DNA of 61,174 bases, taken from contig CAZEJK010000001.1 in NCBI GenBank assembly GCA_964512045.1, forward strand, positions 54,398 through 115,571, read 5' to 3'. The notes beneath the pieces are model-generated. The model made no database searches. It was given only the letters and a program-made list of their open reading frames with translations, and had not been told where the DNA came from. Shown here piece by piece: positions 20,950-29,280 of the stretch; positions within the stretch are counted from its first letter, which is position 1, and the number at the start of each line of letters is the position of its first letter. The position numbers were made by a program, and so were the translations under genes. This DNA comes from an uncultured Thermoanaerobaculia bacterium. Lineage in GTDB: Bacteria > Acidobacteriota > Thermoanaerobaculia > Thermoanaerobaculales > Sulfomarinibacteraceae.

Positions 20950-22074
20950 GTGCGGCTGGTGGTGCTCGGCCCGGGTCATCCGTTCCGCGGCGGTATTGCC
21001 GCCACCACCACCGAGCTGGTGAGGACACTGTGCCAACGGGGTCACGACGTCGAGTTCCTGACACCTCGGCGGCAGTACATTGGCGGCCTCTACCCCGGCG
21101 CGGACGATCGAGATCCAGAGGCGTGTGCGCCACTTCCGTGTGCCGAGCGGTGTCTGGAGCCGATGTGGCCCCCGGCGTGGCCGCGGATGCGCGGGCGTGC
21201 CGTGGCAGCCGACGGCGCGGTCTGGATCATTCCGTACTGGACGTGGGTCTGGGCTGGTTGGTGGCGGTACCTCCTGCAGGGATCTCCCGGCCGGCCACCG
21301 ACGGTTGGGATCGTGCACAACCCGGCTGATCACGACGCAGGCGCGCTGGAGAGAGTCGCTTCCGAGCTCGTCCTGGATCGCTGTGACGCCCTGTTCACCC
21401 ATGCGCAGGTCCTGGCGTCTGATCTCGAGGAACGGTATCCCGGTGTCCCGGTGGATCACCATCCGTTGCCTGTGCCGAGCTCGGTATCGCGGCTGCCGCG
21501 GGCGCAGGCGAGGGCGGCGTTGGGGCTCGCGGCGGGCGATCGTCTGGCGTTGTTTCTCGGCTTCATCCGGCGGTACAAAGGTGTGGACGTCGTGCTGTCC
21601 GCCATGGCCGAGCTTCCCGAGAGCTCTCCGTGGCGGCTGATCGTCGCGGGCGAGGCGTGGGGCCGGCTCGGTGAAGCGCTGACAGATCAGCTGGCACAGC
21701 TTCGTCTCGGAGGCCGCGTGGACCTGCGGCTGGGTTGGGTCCGTGAGGAGGAGGCACAGCGGCTTCTGGCAGCGGCGGACCTGGTGGTGCTCCCGTACCG
21801 GAACGCGTCGCAGTCGGCGGTGGCGCCGCTGGCGCTGGCACACGGCGTGCCCGTGCTCAGCACCACGGTCGGGGGTCTGCCGGAGGTGATCGTGGACGGC
21901 AGGTCTGGTCACCTGGTTCCGCCAGAGGATCCGGCGGCGATCGCGCGGGTGCTGAACGAGCTGGACGAGCCGGCATTGCAGCGTCTGCGCGAAGGTGTGG
22001 TGGCAGAGCGGGATCGCCTGAGCTGGGGTGCGTACGCTGCCAGGCTCGAGCAGCTGATCGATCGGATCATCTGA
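20950..22074 (+). CDS. Glycosyltransferase, GT-B fold (GT4-like)
   Basis: The C-terminal half carries RRYKGVDVVL...VVLPYRNASQSAVAPLALAHGVPVLSTTVGGLPEVIVDGRSGHLVPPEDP, the EX7E-type donor-binding region. Confidence 0.8.
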   Translation: MRLVVLGPGHPFRGGIAATTTELVRTLCQRGHDVEFLTPRRQYIGGLYPGADDRDPEACAPLPCAERCLEPMWPPAWPRMRGRAVAADGAVWIIPYWTWVWAGWWRYLLQGSPGRPPTVGIVHNPADHDAGALERVASELVLDRCDALFTHAQVLASDLEERYPGVPVDHHPLPVPSSVSRLPRAQARAALGLAAGDRLALFLGFIRRYKGVDVVLSAMAELPESSPWRLIVAGEAWGRLGEALTDQLAQLRLGGRVDLRLGWVREEEAQRLLAAADLVVLPYRNASQSAVAPLALAHGVPVLSTTVGGLPEVIVDGRSGHLVPPEDPAAIARVLNELDEPALQRLREGVVAERDRLSWGAYAARLEQLIDRII

Positions 22075-22171
22075 TCGTCCAACGCGGGGTCAGCTGAGGT
22101 TCCGACGGAGGCGTGACAGCACGCCAGGAGGGCCGTCGCCGCGAACCGGGCGGAGGGTGCGCTCACACGAA

Positions 22172-22202
22172 GAAGGCCCCCGGCTGGTTGCCGGGGGCCT
22201 TC
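22172..22202. terminator. 13-bp GC-rich hairpin between convergent genes (probable terminator, possibly bidirectional)
   Basis: GAAGGCCCCCGGC tggtt GCCGGGGGCCTTC. It lies 30 nt beyond the stop of the minus-strand gene ending at 22232. On the minus strand it is followed by TTCGTGTG. Confidence 0.6.
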
Positions 22203-22231
22203 GCTGTGCAGTCTGTCTCCGGGTCGTCGGT

Positions 22232-23305
22232 CTACCGCGGCTGCGAGGCGAGCCGGCGGATCAGTGCGACACCGTTCTCGTGGGTCAGCCGGTTGCCGAC
22301 GGTCAAGGACTTCACCTCGGACCATCCATGCTCATGCATCGTGACGTAACGGATGACGTGCGCTTCTGGGACGTCCTCGTCGCCAGGCTCGACATCATCC
22401 CAGTAGGTGACGACGCTGAGATCGTAGCCGACCTCGAACTGAGCCTTCTCCAGCCGGATCGCTGGCGAGATGGCAATGTCCTTCTGGAAGCCGAGCACGA
22501 TCACCATGCGGCGACGCTTCCGATCAGAGGTGTAGTCGTCGCCTTCGTCCGAGCTGTCCTCCTCGAGCTCACCATACAGGCGGAGAATATGAAACACGCA
22601 GTCCTCGAGATCGGCGAGGAGCATGTGGGCGTCGCCAGTCATCGGGTCGCGGAAGAAGTGCGGATGGGCCAGGCTCTCGATCGGCTCGTCATCCAGATCG
22701 CATCCGACCCCGTATGGCAAGAGACCATGGATCGGCAGCGGATCGAGCTCCTCGACCATGGGGACGCCGAGATCGTTGAGCCAGACGCTGGCCCACTCGG
22801 CCCAACCGGCCTCGCCACCCTGTCGATACCACCACAGGAGATGGACCGCAGTCTGCTCGATGACGATCTCCTCGTCGTCCTCGACGGCGGCGACCTGGAT
22901 CCGGTCGACCATCATGGTGGGGTTCGCGGCGGAGCCAATGCCGTCGTCGCCGGCAAGGACGATCGGTCCGAACCACGTCTCGTCGGTGAAGGAGGCGAAC
23001 ATCACGCGGGAGAGATCCTCAGCCAACGACTCTTCCCATGTCAAAACGAACGTGGAGGTCTCCGGCGCCTGCGCGATCGTCAGCTCGCTGGCAACGATTC
23101 CGGTGGTTTGCGGCACGGGGATGTGGCGCACAACCTCGCCGCTGTCCTCGATCACGATCTCGAGCCGGTCTGCCTCATACGCCAGCGTGGCGATGGTTCC
23201 GTCGGGCGCGAGCGCCATGTTGTTGACGTCTGCGATCGCGATGCTGGGCGCCATGAGCGCCAGAACCGCGAGAACGGAGAGGTAGATGGGTCGTTGCATC
23301 ATCAT
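22232..23305 (-). CDS. Secreted acidic hypothetical protein
   Basis: ATG 23305 is preceded by GAGGAGG. Signal peptide MMMQRPIYLSVLAVLALMAPSIAIA. D/E-rich, no recognised family. It is the last gene of the XRE-TPR operon. Confidence 0.7.
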   Translation of the reverse strand: MMMQRPIYLSVLAVLALMAPSIAIADVNNMALAPDGTIATLAYEADRLEIVIEDSGEVVRHIPVPQTTGIVASELTIAQAPETSTFVLTWEESLAEDLSRVMFASFTDETWFGPIVLAGDDGIGSAANPTMMVDRIQVAAVEDDEEIVIEQTAVHLLWWYRQGGEAGWAEWASVWLNDLGVPMVEELDPLPIHGLLPYGVGCDLDDEPIESLAHPHFFRDPMTGDAHMLLADLEDCVFHILRLYGELEEDSSDEGDDYTSDRKRRRMVIVLGFQKDIAISPAIRLEKAQFEVGYDLSVVTYWDDVEPGDEDVPEAHVIRYVTMHEHGWSEVKSLTVGNRLTHENGVALIRRLASQPR

Positions 23306-23310
23306 CCTCC

Positions 23311-24225
23311 TCAGCCCCGGAGGTTGACGACCGAGGTCAGGTCGGTCGTCATCAGCACCTCGACGAGAGCGTCGCTGTCCGGGAGCTCGGGGTAGCACCC
23401 GGTCAGCTCCGACAGGAACCGGCGTGCACGGAACCGGTCCCCGCGCCGGAGCGCGATCTCACCGAGGAGGAACAGCAGGTTCTTGGTGACCAGCTGATCG
23501 TCGTTTTCGAACGCGAGCTCCAGACCCTGCTCACCGAGAGTGCTCGCCCGATCGAGCTCACCCTTGAGGAGATAGGCGTAGCAGAGATCCTGGAGCGGTT
23601 GGTGCAGGTAGATCTGGCCGCCGAGCTCCTCCATCTGCGTCCGGGCCGCCTCGCACAGCACGATCCCGTCATCGAGGCGCTCCGTACAGACGTAGACGTA
23701 CCCGAGGTTGTCGCGGACCTGGGCCTCCATCAGCCGATGGTAGCCGTCGAGATGCGCGTACGCCTCGAGGGCGGTGGCAAACGCCGTCTCGGCCTCCTCG
23801 AACTGCGACGCCTCGAGGGCGATGCCTCCCACGAGGTTCGCCGTGGCGGCGGTGCTCGCTGGCTCGCCGACGACGCCGACGAGCTCCATGGCGCGGGTCG
23901 CGAAGTCGCGCGCACGATCGCGCTCCTCGAGCAGATGGTAGGCGACCCCTGTGTAGTACGCGGCCATCCACCGAGTCCGCGGATGCTGCGAGCGGAGAAA
24001 GACCTGCTGTAAGGCGGGGATCTCGGGTGCGACCCGGTCGAGCTCGACGAGGATCGCGCAGCGCGAGCAGAATGCACGGTCGGCACGCTCGCTGTCGCCG
24101 GCCGCTGCCGCGACGTCGTGCGCGTGCGCGTACAGCTCGGCGGCATGCTCCAGCTGTCCGTCGAGGAATGCCGCCTCTCCCTGCTCGAGGAGGGCGTCGT
24201 AGTGGTGGTCTCGAGACGTCGTCAT
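23311..24225 (-). CDS. TPR-repeat protein (cytoplasmic)
   Basis: 304 aa, all-helical, with about 34-aa periodicity and repeated A..Y...A/G...G......A...F..AL patterns. No signal peptide. Confidence 0.75.
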   Translation of the reverse strand: MTTSRDHHYDALLEQGEAAFLDGQLEHAAELYAHAHDVAAAAGDSERADRAFCSRCAILVELDRVAPEIPALQQVFLRSQHPRTRWMAAYYTGVAYHLLEERDRARDFATRAMELVGVVGEPASTAATANLVGGIALEASQFEEAETAFATALEAYAHLDGYHRLMEAQVRDNLGYVYVCTERLDDGIVLCEAARTQMEELGGQIYLHQPLQDLCYAYLLKGELDRASTLGEQGLELAFENDDQLVTKNLLFLLGEIALRRGDRFRARRFLSELTGCYPELPDSDALVEVLMTTDLTSVVNLRG

Positions 24226-24247
24226 CAGGTGTCCTCAGAGTTTCCGT

Positions 24248-24715
24248 TCAGCTGTGCTCGATCGCCGGTGATGCCGCGAACGCCCGCTCTCGCTGCTCGC
24301 GGCGGAGCTTGAAGTCGATGAAGTCGCGGACCTCTTGTCGCGCCTCTGGGCTCAGCGCTCTGAGCTGCTGGAGCGCCTGCATATCTTCGTGGGTGAGCGG
24401 CTCTGCCGTGGCCGTGTGCGGAGGTGGCGCTGGCGCTTCCTCTGCCGCGAAGAACTCCGCCACGCCGAGTCCGAACACCGACAGGATCTTGAACAGGTTG
24501 TCGAGAGAGACGCGGTACTCGCCCTTCTCCATTCGGGACAGGTCCGACTGCTGGATGCCAATCTGACGTGCCAGCTCGATCTGGGTCAGCCCGTTTTGCT
24601 TGCGCAGCTTGCGCAGACGAGCCCCCACCTTCTGCGGCTCGGAGACCGGCTTCCGAGAGCTCGTCATCGAGGTGGACCCGGACATCTTGAGGGACCGTCC
24701 CTTCATTGCTAACAT
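24248..24715 (-). CDS. XRE-family helix-turn-helix transcriptional regulator
   Basis: GARLRKLRKQNGLTQIELARQIGIQQSDLSRMEKGEYRVSLDNLFKILSVFG is a canonical Cro/C1 HTH. A 70-aa helical tail follows. The start could be ATG 24715, 24706 or 24685. Confidence 0.88.
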   Translation of the reverse strand: MLAMKGRSLKMSGSTSMTSSRKPVSEPQKVGARLRKLRKQNGLTQIELARQIGIQQSDLSRMEKGEYRVSLDNLFKILSVFGLGVAEFFAAEEAPAPPPHTATAEPLTHEDMQALQQLRALSPEARQEVRDFIDFKLRREQRERAFAASPAIEHS

Positions 24716-24747
24716 CCGCCGCTCGAATGCGAGGATGCCGTTGCCTT

Positions 24748-24776
24748 ATTGTATGGTGTCGTGCCTGTTCTTGCAA
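24748..24776 (-). promoter_or_regulatory. Near-consensus sigma70 promoter TTGCAA-17 nt-TACAAT driving the XRE-TPR-secreted protein operon
   Basis: The minus strand reads cTTGCAAgaacaggcacgacaccaTACAATaagg. -35 at 24776-24771, -10 at 24753-24748. Confidence 0.6.
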
Positions 24777-24937
24777 GATGCACGTATCCCTCGAGGACGC
24801 TCCGGCAGGGGGCGGGGAGCACCGTCCTTCAGGGAGTCCGACGGGTAGGGAGGGCGGCGGCGCCGGACAGAGATGCTCGAAGGTGGGAGATGGCAGGCCG
24901 GAATGACATGCCGTCGCCGGCTCAGGCGAGCTCACGC

Positions 24938-24953
24938 TGGTATGTGGGTTGCA
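24938..24953 (+). promoter_or_regulatory. Candidate sigma54 (-24/-12) promoter TGGTATG-N4-TTGCA
   Basis: cTGGTATGTGGGTTGCAgg has GG and GC separated by exactly 10 nt, as in the TGGCACG-N4-TTGCW consensus. It lies about 170 nt upstream of the FG-GAP gene ATG (25126). Confidence 0.45.
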
Positions 24954-25125
24954 GGTACGGAGCGACTGCAAGTCGGCCGTCGCCCGTGCGAGGACGCCAG
25001 ACCGGAGTCGCAGGACGCGCCGTGGCCGGATCGACGGATGCGAAGCGAGGTTGTGGGCCGGACCTGAGAGCCACCGCGGAAGTCGCAGAGTGGAAACCAG
25101 TGCAGGCCAACGGAGGCAGGAGCAC

Positions 25126-26946
25126 ATGAGACTGACAATGCATCGTGAAGTAGTGAAGTCATTGACAACGGGGTCGAGACGGGAGTCTGGCCTGACGAGC
25201 GCGGTGGGTCGCGGGTTTGTGGTGACCTGCGCGGCGCTGCTGATCGCGCTGCCGGTTGCGGCGCAGCAGGCTCAGGAGACGCCGCCGTCCGGTCTGCCGG
25301 ACACGACGCAGTTCCCCGGAACGGGAGAGCGGCAGGAACGTCGTGGACCGGGAGCGCCGCCAACCCTTCCGTTCGTGCCGGTGGATCCGGAGAATCTGAC
25401 CCCAGAGGAGCGAGAGCGCCTGGAGCGGTTTCGGGAGAACGCCCTCCCCGAGAGTGCGACCTTTACGGACTTCGTGGCGTACTGGTTGACGCCCAGGCCC
25501 TATCCCAAGGACTCCGTGGTCATGATCGACGAAGGTCACGCCCACCCCCATCCGGCGGTGCCCTGGGTGATGGAGATCGTCAAGGAGGACGAGGACAACG
25601 TCTGGCTGCGTGCATTGCCGCCGGAGAACCCGGACTCGCCGATCCACCAGGAGTGGTTGATGTACGAGCAGACGCAGGTGGAGTGGCTCAACTGGCGCGA
25701 GTACCTTCCGGAGCAGTACTTCCTCGATTTCCAAAAGGAGATCGTGCCGCCGCCGTTTCGCGACGAGGTTCGGTTCGAGGAGAAGAAGAGCAGTCTGCCT
25801 GGCAACGGCCGATGGCGGATGAACATCGAGGTGGCGGACATCAACGGGGACGGTCGCCTCGACCTGATCGCGCCGCCTCCTCGGCTGGGCTCGGTCCGCC
25901 ACCCGGTGGTGTTCCTGGGCGATGGCGCCGGTGGGTTCAGACCGTGGACCGCTGCCAGGTGGTCCACCTCCGTCTCGTACGACTACGGAGCGGTCTCGGT
26001 GGAGGACTTCGATGGCGATGGCCATCTCGATATCGCGCTGTCGGTGCACTTTGGCCGGCAGTACGTGCTCTTCGGCGACGGCGCCGGCGACTTCACCGAG
26101 TCCGTGCGCTTGCCGAGCCCGGACCCGCGGCGCTCGTCGCGGGCTATTGCCGCGGGAGACCTCAACGGCGATCGGCGACCGGACCTCGTGTTCATCGCCG
26201 AGATCGACTACGACAAGGGAACCGCGAGACCGCTCGACGTGCCGACGACCTGGGTGGCGATGAACATGGGCGAGCGGAGGTTCGAGCTCAAGACCGACGG
26301 CTTCTTGCGGCGTCCGATCGCCGACAACCTGACCATCGCCGACGTGACCGGCGACACCGTCCCGGATGTTGTGGTGGCGTCGAACCTGAGCCACTGGCGC
26401 GCCCTGGTGTTCGGTAACCAGGGAGACACCTTCCAGTACCTGCAGCACGACGGCGTGCTGAGCGCTGCACTCCACTATGACGTCGCGACGATCGATCGTG
26501 GGGGCGAGGGCCGCGACATCGTGGCTGCGTTCCAACAGAGTCACAGCGTGCAGGGTGAGGCGCAGGCGCGAAGCGGAGCGATTGTCTATCCGGTCGGGGA
26601 GGAGGGTATCGTCGGCCGCGCCGAGCCGTTGATCATGGCCTCGAGCAAGCTCGACCCGTACTACCGGGTCGCGGTGGGCGACATCAACGGCGACGGCGCG
26701 GAGGACTTTGCGATCTCGCGCCGGCGCGGCGGGATCGATGTCTTCCTGCAGACCGAGCCCGGCGCCTTCGAGCTCGACACGAGCCCCGAGCTCGAGCCGA
26801 GCTTCGGCACCGTCTATGAGCTGACGATCGCCGATGTCAACGGCGATGGAAGGGGCGATCTGATCGGCGCCTTCGCCGACTGGGAGGGGGTTCCGGGAGG
26901 GATCCGGGTGTGGCTGAGCCGGGATCTGCAGCATAACGACCAGTGA
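25126..26946 (+). CDS. FG-GAP/VCBS-repeat (integrin-alpha-like propeller) secreted protein
   Basis: GGAGG at 25112-25116, then ATG 25126. An N-terminal hydrophobic anchor, then six Ca-binding-type loops: ADINGDGRLDL, EDFDGDGHLDI, AGDLNGDRRPDL, IADVTGDTVPDV, VGDINGDGAEDF, IADVNGDGRGDL. Confidence 0.85.
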   Translation: MRLTMHREVVKSLTTGSRRESGLTSAVGRGFVVTCAALLIALPVAAQQAQETPPSGLPDTTQFPGTGERQERRGPGAPPTLPFVPVDPENLTPEERERLERFRENALPESATFTDFVAYWLTPRPYPKDSVVMIDEGHAHPHPAVPWVMEIVKEDEDNVWLRALPPENPDSPIHQEWLMYEQTQVEWLNWREYLPEQYFLDFQKEIVPPPFRDEVRFEEKKSSLPGNGRWRMNIEVADINGDGRLDLIAPPPRLGSVRHPVVFLGDGAGGFRPWTAARWSTSVSYDYGAVSVEDFDGDGHLDIALSVHFGRQYVLFGDGAGDFTESVRLPSPDPRRSSRAIAAGDLNGDRRPDLVFIAEIDYDKGTARPLDVPTTWVAMNMGERRFELKTDGFLRRPIADNLTIADVTGDTVPDVVVASNLSHWRALVFGNQGDTFQYLQHDGVLSAALHYDVATIDRGGEGRDIVAAFQQSHSVQGEAQARSGAIVYPVGEEGIVGRAEPLIMASSKLDPYYRVAVGDINGDGAEDFAISRRRGGIDVFLQTEPGAFELDTSPELEPSFGTVYELTIADVNGDGRGDLIGAFADWEGVPGGIRVWLSRDLQHNDQ

Positions 26947-27118
26947 GCCGACCGCCCCGGCGCGACGGTTGCGTACGGCGGCGATGACCTTCCTGGAGGC
27001 CGGGGCCCTTGACGGCGCCCCGGCCTCCCCTCATACTGCGGCAGTGATGGTATCGAGTGCGCAACGGCAAAGTGGCAGTATGTCCCCAGCCGGGTTGGAT
27101 TTTCGGCCTTCAGGAGGC

Positions 27119-27147
27119 TTGACAAGGGTTTCCACGCGTGCTACCTT
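27119..27147 (+). promoter_or_regulatory. Candidate sigma70 promoter TTGACA-17 nt-TACCTT at the edge of an AT-rich leader
   Basis: Perfect -35 (27119-27124) and a weak -10 (27142-27147). A second candidate, TTGACG-17-CATACT, sits at 27009-27037. Confidence 0.4.
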
Positions 27148-27290
27148 TTATGCTGTGACGACATGAAAAGGTGCTAAACGCCTGGAAACGAAGAAAAATA
27201 TAGGGGAGGTGATGGGCTATCGGGGGAATGGCGGAGCGACATCTCAATCTGCTGAGTTAGTTTGTTTTTGAAGTTAGGAAGGAGTCGGGT

Positions 27291-28817
27291 ATGAAAAAGT
27301 TTGTCACCTTCACCTTGGCAGCCGCTCTTATCGTGGCAGCCTCGAGTGTGGCCTACGCGAACATCTGCGCCTTTGACGCGGTGCCGGCGGCCACGCTTCT
27401 GTTTCCGTTTGTGACCTTGGATTACAACAACCCGGTCGATGGCAGCACGACGCTGTTCGCCATCACCAACGTGTCGTCCGAGGCCCAGATCGTCCACATC
27501 ACGGTGTGGTCGGACGCCTCCATCGGTGTGCTCGACTTCAACGTCGTGCTCTCCGGTTATGACGTCCAGACCATGAACATCCGTGACATTCTCTACAACG
27601 GTATCCTGCCGATCACCGGCACCACCGGTAGCCTGATTGTCAGCGGCGGCGTGGACCAGGACGGTCCGTACCAGCTCGTCTATGACGATCCGGACCTGCC
27701 CGAGGCCACCTCGGCCCTGTACGACCGGTGCAACCCGGTGGACTTCGTGTCCTACCCCGGCAACTACGCCGGTGGCATCCCGCAGTCGACCCTTGACCTG
27801 TTCAAGACCAAGCTGCAGTTCTCGCAGACCTTCCTGCGCGGACACGTGGACTGCGCCTTCACGCCGTACTCGATCGGCGACTGGTTCGAGGGCCGCACGA
27901 CGGCGGATCCGACCTGGATGTACATCACCGCCGACGTGGTCTGGACCTGCAACAAGATGTTCCCGGATGGCAACTCGCAGTACTGGTCCGACGGCCCGCT
28001 GAACAACCCGACCTTCGACGAGTTCGGTGCGCAGCGCATGGTCGACAACGTCATCATCGGTGACGTGATCTGGGTCAACAACGCCGCCCGCTTCTCCGAG
28101 GCGGACAACGCCGTGCACATCGAGGCGGACATGAACCTCGGCGCCGTTGCCACCGAGAACCCGTTCGTCCAGGGCGACCACGTGTCGTTCTACGAGCGCT
28201 ACGCCGGTGCGCTGTACGGCTTGCAGGACTACCGCGAGCCGCTGCCGACCGCCTGGGCGTTCCGCTACATCGGCTACGGCAGCTCCGAGATGTCGACCTT
28301 CGTCCGCGCCTGGAAGGGCTCGACCGCCAGCGATCGGATCCAGGACCTGGTGATCTCGCAGGCCGACGGCTACATGTTCGCCTGGGACGACGTGCCCTAC
28401 ACCTACTACGCGTGGGATGAGGACGAGAACGTCATCGAAGGCCCGGGCGAGGACCCGTGGTCCGGCTCCGAGGTGCCCCCTGGCCTGCGGCCGAACCTGC
28501 TGCCGCTGGAGACCCAGGAGGTCGCCATCGACCAGTTCCAGCCCCTGCCTGGCGCCAACGGCTGGATGCTGTTCGTGTGGCCGTGGTCGAACGGGGACAC
28601 CGACCCGTGCGATACCGACTTCGCGATGGACCTGTACCAGACCTGGATGGGCGTCAAGTACAACGCCTTCGGGCAGTACTCGATGTTCCTCGAGGGCGCC
28701 GTCATGGCGAACTTCAACTGCTTCAGCGACCAGATCCTGCCGGATCTCGGCGTGAACTACGACTACGTGACCACCGCTGGTTACGTGACGTCGCCGCCGT
28801 TGTTCGCTGGCGAGTAA
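27291..28817 (+). CDS. Secreted hypothetical protein, aromatic- and Asp/Asn-rich, no recognised family
   Basis: AGGAAGGAG (27276-27284) precedes ATG 27291. Signal peptide MKKFVTFTLAAALIVAASSVAYA. Codon choice is strongly biased (NNC for F/Y/N/D/I/H). TAA stop, followed by a canonical terminator. Confidence 0.85.
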   Translation: MKKFVTFTLAAALIVAASSVAYANICAFDAVPAATLLFPFVTLDYNNPVDGSTTLFAITNVSSEAQIVHITVWSDASIGVLDFNVVLSGYDVQTMNIRDILYNGILPITGTTGSLIVSGGVDQDGPYQLVYDDPDLPEATSALYDRCNPVDFVSYPGNYAGGIPQSTLDLFKTKLQFSQTFLRGHVDCAFTPYSIGDWFEGRTTADPTWMYITADVVWTCNKMFPDGNSQYWSDGPLNNPTFDEFGAQRMVDNVIIGDVIWVNNAARFSEADNAVHIEADMNLGAVATENPFVQGDHVSFYERYAGALYGLQDYREPLPTAWAFRYIGYGSSEMSTFVRAWKGSTASDRIQDLVISQADGYMFAWDDVPYTYYAWDEDENVIEGPGEDPWSGSEVPPGLRPNLLPLETQEVAIDQFQPLPGANGWMLFVWPWSNGDTDPCDTDFAMDLYQTWMGVKYNAFGQYSMFLEGAVMANFNCFSDQILPDLGVNYDYVTTAGYVTSPPLFAGE

Positions 28818-28843
28818 GCTCAGCGTCTCTGACACGAGCTTCC

Positions 28844-28870
28844 GGGGCGGCCTTCGGGCCGCCCCTTTTT
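28844..28870 (+). terminator. Rho-independent terminator
   Basis: GGGGCGGCC ttcg GGCCGCCCC followed by TTTTT, 27 nt after the TAA stop. Confidence 0.85.
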
Positions 28871-29231
28871 CGTGTCGGAACGTTTCGAGCTCGGGCGGGC
28901 TCTGCGAAGCCGGCCACTCGTTGTTGAACCCGACGGGCGCCACCGGCCGAAGGCCGGTTCTCCGGTCGTCGGCGCGGGCGATGCGCACTCCTGGCGATCC
29001 TCCAAATCCGCACGCGTGCAGAGCAGCTCGAAAGCGTGTATCATGGGCGCCGTTCGGAGACGTGGAGGCGCCACGGTCTCCGTCGCGGCTGAGCGCGGGC
29101 CGTTGTGGTCTCGATATGTGAGCCTCAGTGGCCCGAAGCGCCCGCGCAGACGGATCGCCGCAGAGTGTGATCCGGACAACATTTCACCCGTGGAGGCGGC
29201 CCCTTCGGGCCCTCCAAACCCTCTGTGCTGC

Positions 29232-29261
29232 TTGACTTGCTTTCGCAAACTGCTCTATCGT
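29232..29261 (+). promoter_or_regulatory. Candidate sigma70 promoter TTGACT-18 nt-TATCGT
   Basis: TTGACT at 29232-29237 and TATCGT at 29256-29261, immediately upstream of GGAGG (29272-29276) and ATG 29281. Confidence 0.4.
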
Positions 29262-29280
29262 GGTGGAGCTTGGAGGCGAT

